Numbered from the stretch's first letter, positions 44,704 through 59,261 are shown. The stretch is 64,000 nt of DNA from Limnochordia bacterium (GCA_050951545.1 JBMNJG010000011.1:331838-395837), one strand, 5' to 3'. Program-made: numbers and translations. Notes: generated by a model from the letters alone, not told the origin.

Positions 44704-45488
44704 GGTCACATCGGACACCGTACGCTGCTTTGGCGCCCATCTACGATCTGATCACGGCCGGACATGACTACGAGCGATGGATTGACGCAGTATTAGAGCT
44801 GTACGAGCTGTTAACTGGCGATCTGGGTAGTGGTCTTAAGGTTCTTGATATTGGGTGTGGCACGGGGCGGGGCATGGCAGCGCTGGTAGCACGGGGCCAT
44901 CGCGTCAGTGGGGTCGATATCTCTGCCGAGATGCTTGCCATTGCCGCAGAGCGGTTGTCTTGCATAGAACCTACACCGATGCTTATCTGCCAAGACATGC
45001 GACAACTTGACATGGGACAGGAGCGCTTTCAGCTTGCGCTTGGCCTGTGCGGTAGCTTCAATTATCTGCGGTCGGTGTCTGAGTTGACAACCACGCTCGA
45101 CAACATAGCGTCTTGTTTGGTCGCCGGAGGCGTATTGGTTTTTGATATCACTACGGAGAGGAAACTAGCTTCAGCCTATGGCCTCAACCCTTGTGTGGAA
45201 GAAGGCCCGGATTATGTGCTGGCGTGGGACAAGGTATGGCAGCCACGAAAACGTCTGTGGCATTTTCGGATCGACGTGTTCACGTGTAGCAGTCGGCAGA
45301 TGGGCACCCGTTGGCTGTGGGCCAGGAATACTGAAGTACATAGTCAGCATGCCTTTAGCCCTGCCGAAGTGGTAGACGCACTGCGTGTATCTGGCTTTGA
45401 ACGGGTTGTCGGGCCGCTAGCGGCTTTCAGTCTCGAGGCGGCAGACAGCGATACGGAACGTGTTTTTTACGCGGCGCAGGTCATGTGA
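44700..45488 (+). CDS. Class I SAM-dependent methyltransferase (YqeM-like)
   Basis: Y..LAPIYD, LDIGCGTG, GVDISAEML, QDMR, SFNY, GGVLVFD; follows rsfS. Confidence 0.85.
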   Translation: MRSHRTPYAALAPIYDLITAGHDYERWIDAVLELYELLTGDLGSGLKVLDIGCGTGRGMAALVARGHRVSGVDISAEMLAIAAERLSCIEPTPMLICQDMRQLDMGQERFQLALGLCGSFNYLRSVSELTTTLDNIASCLVAGGVLVFDITTERKLASAYGLNPCVEEGPDYVLAWDKVWQPRKRLWHFRIDVFTCSSRQMGTRWLWARNTEVHSQHAFSPAEVVDALRVSGFERVVGPLAAFSLEAADSDTERVFYAAQVM

Positions 45489-45583
45489 GGCGATAAAAGG
45501 AGCACAGGGTTGCTAGAGGCGTCTGAGGAGAGATAACTCGGGGATTTTCCACGAAGTGGATGGATAGAAGGCGACATTGGGTG

Positions 45584-45612
45584 TTGACGCCATACTGATG
45601 TGGTGTTAGGAT
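45584..45612 (+). promoter_or_regulatory. rRNA operon sigma-A promoter
   Basis: TTGACG-17 nt-TAGGAT; boxA-like GGTCCTTGACAACT at ~45664; processing stalk aactaaacagcgtgca pairs with tgtacgctgtttagtt (~47432). Confidence 0.75.
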
Positions 45613-45862
45613 GTAAAAGTCGCTGCTGCGGCCAGACCTCTGGCAGGCGAAGCGGCACACTCTGGTCCTTGACAACTAAACAGCGTGCAAAAAGAAGCAA
45701 GGGAAAGCGAGCGCCGATCGTAATGGATTGGTAGCGAGCTTGAGAAACCTATGAACACTTCTCGGAGTAGCAACTCTGAGAGGTGCGAGCTTCTACGAGT
45801 AATTTCGAAGAAGCCAGGTAAGCATCCAAGATTATTCCGGTGCCTAGCACCGTAATGATACC

Positions 45863-47386
<1,524 letters not shown>

Positions 47387-47652
47387 GCCAAGGCGGTCAG
47401 TCTTGGCTACTCCTAGGTCGGCCCTTGCTGATGTACGCTGTTTAGTTGCCAGGGACTGGAGCAGTCTTTGCACCTTGACAACTGCACAGAGGAGAAAAGG
47501 TGACGATACACACACCTGCCGCGACTGACATCGACGCGGTGAGGTGTGTATGGAGATCGTTTGATGGTCCCTCGACCATCATGGCGACTCCTAGTTGCCT
47601 GAGGAGACTTACAAACCTAGCGTGGCTCAAAAGAGCACACGCGGGCTTAATC

Positions 47653-50636
<2,984 letters not shown>

Positions 50637-50715
50637 TAAAAGTAGTAAGCTCTCAGGCAGCAATCGTCATCTTATCTTCTGTGCAGTTGTGAGGGTGCAC
50701 AGCACCTGGAGACTT

Positions 50716-50833
50716 TGTCGGTGGCAATGGCGGAGGGGACCCACCCGTTCCCATCCCGAACACGGCAGTTAAGCCCTCCAGCGGTGATGGTACTGCAGGG
50801 GTAACCCTGTGGGAGAGTAGCTCGCTGCCGGCA
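50716..50833 (+). rRNA. rrf: 5S rRNA
   Basis: CACCCGTTCCCATCCCGAACACGG..GTTAAG..GATGGTACT..GGGAGAGTAG. Confidence 0.97.
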
Positions 50834-50985
50834 AAACCCTTAGACGTCCCGCCAAGTGCGGGACGTTTGCTTTTGCTGCAGCTCACAGGGTTGCCCCTGG
50901 GCAACCGGTGCCACAGCTGAGCCTTTGCGAAGCAAAGGCCAGCTGAAGGTGCGGGAGAGTAGCTCGCTGCCGGCAAAACCCTTAG
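50811..50985 (+). repeat. 33-bp direct repeat of the 5S 3' end flanking a 109-bp hairpin-rich segment
   Basis: GGGAGAGTAGCTCGCTGCCGGCAAAACCCTTAG at 50811-50843 and 50953-50985. Confidence 0.95.
50844..50874 (+). terminator. rrn operon terminator
   Basis: acgtcccgc-caagt-gcgggacgt followed by ttgctttt. Confidence 0.75.
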
Positions 50986-51067
50986 TGACCGATAGATGGT
51001 GTGAAGGAGAACGGAGCCAGGGCGCGGAACGAGTGGCAAGGATGAAGCCAAACAGGAGGCCTATGAT

Positions 51068-52045
51068 ATGAAGGTCGGCATTATCGGTTGTGGTACAGTC
51101 TCTCAGTACGGTCACATTCCAACCTTGGCCAACATGCCCGGCGTTGAACTTATCGCTCTTTCAGATGTCAACGTAGAGCGTCTGGAAGGACTTAAGCAGA
51201 AATACCAGGTGCCTCACGCGTTTGCTGACTACAGTGAGTTATTGGCCCTCAAGGGGCTTGATGCCGTGGCCGTGGCCACTCCGCTACATACCCACGCCGA
51301 CATTGTTTGTGATGCGGCGCGAGCGGGTCTTCACGTCCTCTGTGAAAAACCCCTTGCTCACACCGTTGAAGACGGGGAACGCATGATTAAGGCAATGCGG
51401 GATGCAAATCGTTTCTTGGGGATCAATTTCAACCTAAGGTTTTCCGATGTGGAGGGACAGGCCTACGCCTGGAAAAAGGATATTGGGCGTATCAATATCA
51501 TCCGGGAAGTCTATGTCTGGCATGCGCATCAGTGGCAGAACAAGGAGCGAATGACCCAGTTCTTTGCCAACGGCGGGCCAGTGGTTGATAGCGCGGTCCA
51601 CTTCTTCGATCTCTGCGAATGGCTTACCGGGGAGGAGATCACTGGTATTCAAGCCGTAGGCAGCTTCCTTCCCGATGTGGGTGCCCCGACCCATGTTATT
51701 TCTAATCTCACGCTGTCAGGCGGGGTGATAGGACTCGTGGAAGTCGGATGGACCTACACTCACAATACTAAGGATCGTGCCTTCCATCGGCGCTTCGACC
51801 TGATTGGTGAGCACGGGGTCATTAGCTACGATAACGAATCGGCGAAGACCAGGATGTATACTGCTGAAGAAACGACAATTCTGCCAGCGCGCGGCGGCAA
51901 GGATTTCGTGGCGGTTTATGAGGCGTTTTTCCGAGCCATTCAAGGGCAGGACAAAGGATCCCTTGCAACAGGAGAGGATGCTTTCAGAGCCACCCGTGCA
52001 GCTTTGAGGGTGCTCGATCAGCTCGGAGCCAACCCGTACCGTTAA
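51068..52045 (+). CDS. Gfo/Idh/MocA family oxidoreductase
   Basis: GIIGCG, VATP..H, HVLCEKP, DSAVHFFD. Confidence 0.9.
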   Translation: MKVGIIGCGTVSQYGHIPTLANMPGVELIALSDVNVERLEGLKQKYQVPHAFADYSELLALKGLDAVAVATPLHTHADIVCDAARAGLHVLCEKPLAHTVEDGERMIKAMRDANRFLGINFNLRFSDVEGQAYAWKKDIGRINIIREVYVWHAHQWQNKERMTQFFANGGPVVDSAVHFFDLCEWLTGEEITGIQAVGSFLPDVGAPTHVISNLTLSGGVIGLVEVGWTYTHNTKDRAFHRRFDLIGEHGVISYDNESAKTRMYTAEETTILPARGGKDFVAVYEAFFRAIQGQDKGSLATGEDAFRATRAALRVLDQLGANPYR

Positions 52046-52047
52046 CG

Positions 52048-53047
52048 GTGTTGGGGCAAGGTGCCTATAGATGGTTGACTGGCCCTTATTTGAGCATCCT
52101 TTATGGCCCCGTGTTACTCATTGTCACTGTCCTGTGGTATAAGGTGTTTGCTCATGCTTTCGCGTGGACTCGGGAAGAACGATACCCCCCCGCGATGACG
52201 CGGGACATCGTCTATTTGGTGGCATTCATGGCTGTAACTCCAGGGGTCTGGCAGGGCTCATTGCATGGGATATGGGGACAAGCGGTACTAGCTGTTTTCA
52301 TGACGCATGGCAGAAGAACCGCGGTGGTCGGGAAAGACGAAAGCAAATGTACGTGGCGTTATCCCCGGCTTTGCGCCTCAGATATTGCGATAGCCGTTCA
52401 ATTGCTTGGAGTGGGGCAGCGGCAGGTCTGGTTACGACACTTGTCTTGCATGCATAAATCCTACGGCGCTTCGTGCAACTGGCAGATTGGTCTCTGATGG
52501 CCAAGGCGTCTGCTTTGCTGATCTACACGGTATTTGGGTTTGCAGCAGGATTGCTGAGACAAAAGATACGCGCCCGCTGGCCCCGGGCTATTGAGACAGG
52601 ATTTGCTCTCGCTGGGTCTTCGCACTTCGGCTCGACGAGTCTGTAATGCCGTTGGTCTTCAGCTTCTTGGTGTGGGCGGGCATGGGATCGATCGATGCTG
52701 CCTTCTTTTATGACATACTGGCTTGGCCTTTCATGATCATCTTCGCTATCCCGATCTACGCTCTATGGGCTTTCTGCCATACCGGAGTGTTGGGGTGGCT
52801 AGGAACCCTTGGCCGACAACAATTCATGGAGTCCGTGGCCTATGAGGTTCTTCTGTCAAACGACCAGACCCAGCGTTGGCTTGGCGGGCTAGATATTGTC
52901 GGTGACCCCATGAACAACCGCTACGTGCTATCCGGGATTTTGCCAGATCGGGCCACGCTCACGGCTATTCAAGGGCGTCTGCACGACGTTCAAGGCGCGG
53001 AGGTTGAGGCCGAAGCAGTTCGTGCACTGTTCATCCGGCCACATTAG
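52048..53047 (+). pseudogene. Disrupted multi-pass membrane protein gene
   Basis: Hydrophobic segments continue across three frames, with an in-frame TAA at 52455-52457 (LVLHA*ILRRFVQLADWSLMAKASALLIYTVFGF); the last fragment 52646-53047 ends in a BON-like stretch. Confidence 0.5.
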
Positions 53048-53161
53048 GACCCGACGCTCGTACCACCGATGCTGATGGGAGCACCAACGCGACGCGCTAT
53101 AGACACGATGCAACCGGTAGGAACCGGACACTAGTCGGACGGTGCCCTGCCTGCATAGACG

Positions 53162-53340
53162 TCGGATACGTTGCTGTACGCCTCACGCCATGAGTTGGGT
53201 TTGACGGGGGCCAAACTAGGTTGCCCAGATGGCGACTCTAGAGCTTGTACTGTGCTTGTCGACGGCGGCCCGTGAAGTCGTGCATGATGTTGGCCGCTGA
53301 AGCAGTGGGAAGTGAGATCACCACTGTGGAAGGACTTCAC
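53162..53340 (+). pseudogene. Frameshifted, truncated CoxS/XdhC-type 2Fe-2S subunit remnant
   Basis: DTLLYASRHELGLTGAKLGCPDGDSRACTVLVDG, frameshift at ~53268, then PVKSCMMLAAEAVGSEITTVEGL; C-terminal half absent. Confidence 0.8.
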
Positions 53341-53470
53341 GATGCCCCTGTGCCAACCCCGACGAACCAGTTGTTCAACACAAAGGGCCCACATAATGAT
53401 AAACTGAGTGCAGCCCGTATTATAGCCGGGTTGTTTTTCTGCTGAATGGCTAGTAAAGGGAGGGTTCGCC

Positions 53471-54310
53471 TTGGCAGAGATAGTCACGAAAAGGCGATTG
53501 GCGCCTAAAATCACGCTCTATGAGATCAGCGCCCCCAGAATTGCCCGTAATGCCAAGCCCGGGCAGTTCGTCATCATACGTTTGTCGGAACGGGGCGAGC
53601 GAATTCCCCTCACAATAGCGGACTTCGACCGCGAGCGAGGCGTCATAACGATTGTGGTGCAGGAGGTCGGGAAGACGACCTTGGAGCTTGGTCACTATGA
53701 GCCCGGGGATGATGTCCTGGATCTGCTCGGGCCGTGCGGCACGGGTATACAGATCAAGCACTATGGGCGCGTCGCCTGTGTATGCGGTGGATTGGGTGCT
53801 GCTCCCATCTATCCCAAGGCGAAGGCTCTGCATGCGGCTGGCAACGAGATCGTTACCTTCATCGGTGCACAGACCGCTGAGAGGTTCATCCTTGCTGAAG
53901 AGCTTGCTGCGGTGAGCAGCGAGATGCACTACGCAACGGATGACGGATCGTACGGACACCATGGCTTCGTGACCGACATCTTGCGTAAGTATCTGGAGAA
54001 CGGCAAGGCGATAGACAAAGCGATCGCAGTAGGCCCTGTGCCTATGATGAGATCCGTTTGTAATGTCACTAAGGAGTTCAACGTTCCCACTACTGTGAGC
54101 TTGAACGCCATAATGGTTGACGGTACCGGAATGTGCGGTGGTTGCCGGGTTACTGTGAATGGTGAGACCAAGTTCTCATGTATCGATGGGCCATCGTTTG
54201 ACGGCCATCAGGTGGATTTCGACGAGCTCATCACACGCCAGCGCTTCTACTGCGAGCAGGAGCGGAAATCGATGGGTGATCACATCTGCAGACTCGGAGG
54301 CACAGAATGA
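53471..54310 (+). CDS. nfnA: NfnA/SudB-type FAD/NAD-binding 2Fe-2S subunit of electron-bifurcating transhydrogenase
   Basis: PGQFVI, ERIPLTIAD, GGLGAAP, TDDGSYG, MVDGTGMCGGCRV..CIDGP. Confidence 0.85.
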   Translation: MAEIVTKRRLAPKITLYEISAPRIARNAKPGQFVIIRLSERGERIPLTIADFDRERGVITIVVQEVGKTTLELGHYEPGDDVLDLLGPCGTGIQIKHYGRVACVCGGLGAAPIYPKAKALHAAGNEIVTFIGAQTAERFILAEELAAVSSEMHYATDDGSYGHHGFVTDILRKYLENGKAIDKAIAVGPVPMMRSVCNVTKEFNVPTTVSLNAIMVDGTGMCGGCRVTVNGETKFSCIDGPSFDGHQVDFDELITRQRFYCEQERKSMGDHICRLGGTE

Positions 54311-55752
54311 GCACACGCGCAGAAGCCTCGAAACAAGAACCTCACATTCGAGTAACCAACTTCGACGAAGTCAACCAAGGACTTACTATGGAGCAGGCGC
54401 TTAGCGAGGCCGAACGCTGCCTGCAGTGCAAGAGGCCGGCGTGTATGAAGGGCTGTCCTGTTGAGGTGCCGATCACGCGGTTTGTTGGCGCTCTTCGGGA
54501 AGGCCAAATTGACAATGCTTTGAAGATCATCAAGGAGAAAAATAGTCTGCCGGGAGTATGCGGACGGGTCTGCCCGCAGGAGCACCAATGCGAGGGTCTG
54601 TGCGTGTTAGGGAAGAAAGGTCAGCCCATTGCTATCGGGCTGTTGGAGCGTTTTGTGGCCGATCATGCTGACAAACGCAAGGCGACCCCGCCCAGAGTTT
54701 CATCCATGGGCATCAAGGTAGCCGTGATCGGCTCGGGGCCTGCTGGGTTGACAGCTGCCGCAGACTTAGGCCTACGTGGGTATGACGTAACGGTGTTTGA
54801 GTGCTTGCATGAGCCGGGGGGAGTGCTCCGCTATGGCATTCCCGAATTCCGGTTGCCTAAGTCGGTAGTGGACGATGAGGTAGAGTACATCAAGTCGCTG
54901 GGCGTGCAATTCGAGATGAATGTGGCCGTCGGACAGACCATCACGCTCGATCAGCTTTGGGATGAGGGGTATCAGGCTATCTTTGCGGGTACTGGCGCTG
55001 GTCTGCCCTACTTCCTAGGCATCCCGGGCGAGAACTCAGCCGGGGTGTACTCCGCCAATGAGTTTCTCACCCGCGTGAACCTCATGAAGGCTTACAGGTT
55101 CCCTGAGTACGATACGCCAGTCAGGGTAGGCAGTGATTTCTGCGTGGTTGGCGGTGGAAATGTGGCCATGGATGCGGCCCGTACCGCTCTTCGTTTGGGC
55201 GCTGATCGGGTATCCATCGTCTACCGCCGTTCCATGGACGAGATGCCTGCCCGGGCAGAAGAGGTGGAGAATGCCGCGGAAGAGGGCGTCATCTTCGAGT
55301 GCCTGGCTAGTCCCGTGCGGGTTCTGGCTAGTGAGAAGGGCGAAGTAACAAGCCTTGTGTGTCAGCGAATGGCACTAGGCGAGCCCGACGCATCTGGCCG
55401 ACGCACTCCGGTTCCGATTCCCGACTCTGAGTTCACCCTGTCCGCCGACACAGTGGTGGTTGCGATTGGTCAAGGCCCCAACCAAGTCCTGATCAGGAAC
55501 ATTGGTGCCGTGAAGCTTAACCGTAGGGGCTACATCGAGGTTGTTGAGGAGACGGGCGCTACTAACGTTCCCGGCTTCTACGCTGGTGGAGACATTGTCA
55601 CCGGAGCAGCCACAGTCATTGCAGCTATGGGGGCTGGAAAGCGAGCCGCCAAAGCCATAGACATCTACCTACAAGGGAAGGCACAGGCTGATGCGAGCGG
55701 ACTTGAGGCTGCTCCTAGCCATAGCGTGCGCAGAGGTAGCCGACTCGAGTAG
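54307..55752 (+). CDS. nfnB: NfnB/SudA (GltD-like) large subunit
   Basis: EAERCLQC..C..GCP, CGRVCPQE..CE, GSGPAG, YGIPEFRLP, GGGNVAMDAAR, YRRS, GGDIVTGAATV; 4-nt overlap with nfnA; no gltB nearby. Confidence 0.85.
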   Translation: MSTRAEASKQEPHIRVTNFDEVNQGLTMEQALSEAERCLQCKRPACMKGCPVEVPITRFVGALREGQIDNALKIIKEKNSLPGVCGRVCPQEHQCEGLCVLGKKGQPIAIGLLERFVADHADKRKATPPRVSSMGIKVAVIGSGPAGLTAAADLGLRGYDVTVFECLHEPGGVLRYGIPEFRLPKSVVDDEVEYIKSLGVQFEMNVAVGQTITLDQLWDEGYQAIFAGTGAGLPYFLGIPGENSAGVYSANEFLTRVNLMKAYRFPEYDTPVRVGSDFCVVGGGNVAMDAARTALRLGADRVSIVYRRSMDEMPARAEEVENAAEEGVIFECLASPVRVLASEKGEVTSLVCQRMALGEPDASGRRTPVPIPDSEFTLSADTVVVAIGQGPNQVLIRNIGAVKLNRRGYIEVVEETGATNVPGFYAGGDIVTGAATVIAAMGAGKRAAKAIDIYLQGKAQADASGLEAAPSHSVRRGSRLE

Positions 55753-55783
55753 CGCAAAGCAACAGGCGGCTACTCGAGCCGGA

Positions 55784-56560
55784 TTACCACGTCAGGTGCT
55801 CACGTAGGTAGTTGAGGTCTGCTATTGCTGAGGAGAAGAGAGTCTCGGTCGACTCAGTGGGCGAACCTGTTCCCTCCGTGAACTCCAGAGCGAAGGACCC
55901 GGAGAAGCCTTCTTCCCTCATGAGATGCAGTCTCTCTTTTACTACCTTAGGCTGGCGATCAAGACGTTGCATTACGCCAGATGCGTCCCGCAGCTGCACA
56001 TGGGCGTGGGTGATGCGAGGTCCCAGGTGTGCAAACCATACACGTAAGGTCTCGGTATCGGTGGTAAAGGGGTGGACGATGGCCTGGAATGCATCGTCTT
56101 CCCATGCTGCGAAGACCTCTTTGGCTACCTGCGGGTCTTCCATGATCGTGCCGCCATGGCACTCACACAGCAGGCGTGTACCTGGAGGAAGCTGTTCTCT
56201 CCATGCCAGTGCATTCTGCACATAGAGGTCCTTGTGAGCGGCTTCTCTTCCCAGGTTGAACTTGACCCCGCGAGCATTCAGTAGGGTAGCCAAGCGGGCA
56301 GCCTCTTGCCGACTAATGTTGTCCGTTGCCCCAAAAGCGGTGTAGGAGTTGAAGACGGCCACAGGAAAGGCGCTCTCTTGGAGTGCAGCCAGTTCAGCAG
56401 ATGAAGCTAGGGCGGCGTGGTTCTCCCACAGCTCCATACCGTCGAAGCCAGCGCGTGAAAAACGTGACAGCCACTCGCTTATCAGGTAGGTTGGTTCTTT
56501 GCCGCGCGCCCAGCGATTGCGTTCTAGCAATATCGTCCCGATGTAGATCTCGGTGCTCAT
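55784..56560 (-). CDS. Sugar phosphate isomerase/epimerase-like TIM barrel protein
   Basis: AGFDGMELW, LLCECH, HAHVQ, GFSGSFALEF; ATG after GGAGGTG. Confidence 0.75.
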   Translation of the reverse strand: MSTEIYIGTILLERNRWARGKEPTYLISEWLSRFSRAGFDGMELWENHAALASSAELAALQESAFPVAVFNSYTAFGATDNISRQEAARLATLLNARGVKFNLGREAAHKDLYVQNALAWREQLPPGTRLLCECHGGTIMEDPQVAKEVFAAWEDDAFQAIVHPFTTDTETLRVWFAHLGPRITHAHVQLRDASGVMQRLDRQPKVVKERLHLMREEGFSGSFALEFTEGTGSPTESTETLFSSAIADLNYLREHLTW

Positions 56561-56656
56561 AGTTGGCACACCTCCGAGGTCGATTGTTACAGTCATGGGT
56601 TCTCTTTAGGAACGATGGCGCCTGCATCGTATGACGTGCGTTGTGACTGACGGTGA

Positions 56657-56688
56657 CAGAGGCTGCCGATCGCTCTCGGCAGCCTCTG
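56657..56688. terminator. Hairpin between Gfo/Idh/MocA and isomerase genes
   Basis: cagaggctgccga-tcgctc-tcggcagcctctg 13-bp stem, no U tract. Confidence 0.55.
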
Positions 56689-56698
56689 GTGTGAGAAG

Positions 56699-57751
56699 TT
56701 AGATCCGGACCTCGGCCCCCTTAGCCGCGGACTCGTAGATGCCTACCAGCATTTTGGTGACGGTGAGGCCGTGCTCCCCAGGGGTCATGCAGGGACCCTC
56801 GCCGCGGACGGCCTTGGCAAAGGCTTCCATCTGGCGGGCGAAAACAGAGACCCTTCCTCGGTCTGGCATATTGACCATCGTATCAATATCGTGGTCGTCC
56901 TTCTGACTCATGAGGGCTACCTTGTTGTCTTCAAGGCTTGCTCCCTGTTCGCTCCCCATCAGGTTGATCGTGTGAGTAGCAGCTGTATACCCTGCCCAGC
57001 CAGCCTCCAGGGAGATCACAGCCCCGTTGTCCATCCGAATGAGGGCCGTAGCGAAGTCCTCGACGTCAAAGAAACCATCCCATTCGGCACGGCCCCAGCT
57101 GCCCAGACCCATCTTCCGATGACCAAGCTCGCTAAAGGTGGCGCCACAAACACTGACTGGATTTGGGCAGCCCATGAGGTACCAGGCAGAGTCGAGGACG
57201 TGTACCCCGATGTCGATTAGCGGACCGCCCCCCGACATCTCTTTCCGGGTAAACCAGCCGCCCCAACCGGGGATACCACTGCGTCGCACGTATTGGGCCC
57301 GTGCCATGTAGACTCGCCCCAGATGACCGTCTTCGATGTGCTTTCGCAACCACTGGATCGTCGGTCGGAAGCGGGCACACATGCCGACTTGCAGGAGCTT
57401 CCCAGTCTCTTGGGCTGTACGCACCATCTCCTCGGCCCACTCCCGCTTGATGGACATGGGCTTTTCGCAGAGAACGTGTTTTCCTGCCTTTAGGGCAGCG
57501 ATTGATATCTCGTGGTGTATGTAGTTAGGTACGGATACTACCACGGCATCAATGTCTTCTTTTTCCAGCATTTCACGGTAATCAACGTATGCACGCTCAA
57601 TCTGGTACTGCGACTGACGGTTCTCGGCTCGTTCCTTGATGATGTCACATATAGCGATAGGCTTGGCGGCACCAGTGGTCACGCAGGCCTCCAAGTGGCC
57701 TCCAGAGTTGCCTCCTGCCCCAACGATTCCGATACGAATAGGACTGCTCAC
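56699..57751 (-). CDS. Gfo/Idh/MocA family oxidoreductase
   Basis: IGIVGAG, VPNYIH, GKHVLCEKP, RRSGIPGWGGWF, GGPLIDIGVH; GTG after GGGAGG. Confidence 0.92.
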   Translation of the reverse strand: MSSPIRIGIVGAGGNSGGHLEACVTTGAAKPIAICDIIKERAENRQSQYQIERAYVDYREMLEKEDIDAVVVSVPNYIHHEISIAALKAGKHVLCEKPMSIKREWAEEMVRTAQETGKLLQVGMCARFRPTIQWLRKHIEDGHLGRVYMARAQYVRRSGIPGWGGWFTRKEMSGGGPLIDIGVHVLDSAWYLMGCPNPVSVCGATFSELGHRKMGLGSWGRAEWDGFFDVEDFATALIRMDNGAVISLEAGWAGYTAATHTINLMGSEQGASLEDNKVALMSQKDDHDIDTMVNMPDRGRVSVFARQMEAFAKAVRGEGPCMTPGEHGLTVTKMLVGIYESAAKGAEVRI

Positions 57752-58203
57752 AGTCTGTTGCCTCCCCAGAAAATGGTGTGATGCTGTACGGGTATGTCGG
57801 CGGCCACCCATAGGCTGACCAGACGGCTGGTCCAGTGTCTTACAATTGACATTCGCTACGACAGGTCCACATACCTATCTTCATGGTCGCCAGAACACCA
57901 TATCCAGAAAAAGAATAGGTATAGGATGAACACGCACGGTTCATGCTATGGGTGCCGGGTGAAGGCAGCGCATTTCGCTAGCTGATGTCCCCTTAGTCAG
58001 GGCGAAGATGCCGAGAAGACTGCCAACCGTTCATACGGCACCCGGCCTGTCTCGTTGCGTACCCGCAACGAGTGTTGCCGACGGCGGGGTCATGTGGCTT
58101 CGCCGTCGGCTCGCGCGCTGGTGTGAAGCAGCCATTCACACGCCAAGGAGTCATGGGGCAGGAGGGAGAATGAACGGGTAAGTGACAGATAGGGGGCGCA
58201 CGT

Positions 58204-59226
58204 GTGAGCCGTTACCAGATAGGTGTCGTTGGACTAGTACATGATCATGTGTGGGACGTGGTTCCGGGTTTTCTTGCTGATGTGCGATCAGAAATCGTTG
58301 CTGTGGCAGACGTGAATCCGCCGCTCTTGGCTCAGGCCAAAGAGAAATGGAATGTCCAGCAGGTTTTTGAGTGCTGGAATGAGATGCTGGAGAAGACCCA
58401 GCTGGACGCGATCATCGTCTATGGAGAGAACTCGATGGCTGCAGAGGTCGTTGAGGCGGCGGCAGCTAGGCGAATCCACGTCATGGTGGAGAAACCGATG
58501 GCTGCAACCTTAGAGCAAGCAGATCGCATGCTAATTGCTGCCAGGCGGGCCGGGATCACGCTGATGGTCAACTGGCCGACGGCGTGGAACCCCAACTTTG
58601 CCACTGCCGTAGACATGGCCACCACTGGTGAGCTGGGCGAAGTCTTTAAGGTGCGCTATCGGGCAGGCCACGAGGGTCCGCAGGAGTATGGATGCACACC
58701 GTACTTCTGCGAGTGGCTTTTCGACAAAGGGCGCAATGGTGGCGGGGCGCTTATCGACTACTGCTGCTATGGGGCTGCTTACGCCGCGTGTTTGCTGGGG
58801 CGTCCTAACGCGGCAACGGCTGTCGCTGGGAGAATGGTTAGGGAGTACATCACGGTTGAAGATAACGCGGTCATCTTGGCTAAGTATAACAAGGGTTTGG
58901 CGATCTGTGAGGCATCCTGGACGACATATGGCTTGGGCTATGAGCTGATGATCAACGGCTCGAAGGGGACTGTGCGCTCTGATGGCCGCAGTGTGCAGAT
59001 TGCTCACAACAGTGATGAGGGTCCACAGAGTGTCGAGGTACGGCCGTTATCAGAAGACAAGCGCAACGCAGCTGCACATTTCCTTGCTTGTCTAGAGCAG
59101 CAGCGGGCACCAGAGGGTCTCTGCGACCCTGTGGTTTCGCGCAATGCCCAAGAGATTTTGGAGGCTGGTATCCTGGCCGCCGAAACTGGTAGCACTGTTC
59201 CGTTTCCCGTTGTCTCTCGCCGTTAG
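58204..59226 (+). CDS. Gfo/Idh/MocA family oxidoreductase
   Basis: GVVGLVHDH, HVMVEKPMA, VNWP, GHEGP, GGGALIDYCCYG. Confidence 0.9.
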   Translation: MSRYQIGVVGLVHDHVWDVVPGFLADVRSEIVAVADVNPPLLAQAKEKWNVQQVFECWNEMLEKTQLDAIIVYGENSMAAEVVEAAAARRIHVMVEKPMAATLEQADRMLIAARRAGITLMVNWPTAWNPNFATAVDMATTGELGEVFKVRYRAGHEGPQEYGCTPYFCEWLFDKGRNGGGALIDYCCYGAAYAACLLGRPNAATAVAGRMVREYITVEDNAVILAKYNKGLAICEASWTTYGLGYELMINGSKGTVRSDGRSVQIAHNSDEGPQSVEVRPLSEDKRNAAAHFLACLEQQRAPEGLCDPVVSRNAQEILEAGILAAETGSTVPFPVVSRR

Positions 59227-59261
59227 CGAGATGGCTTTCTCCGACTATCACGTTTTGGGGG

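Noticed and set aside
57950-58050. Cobalamin riboswitch or 6S RNA call
   Set aside because: Only fragmentary resemblance (GGTGCC, GAAGACTGCC, GGCACCC); B12-box and 6S closing stem are not evident; kept as an unassigned structure
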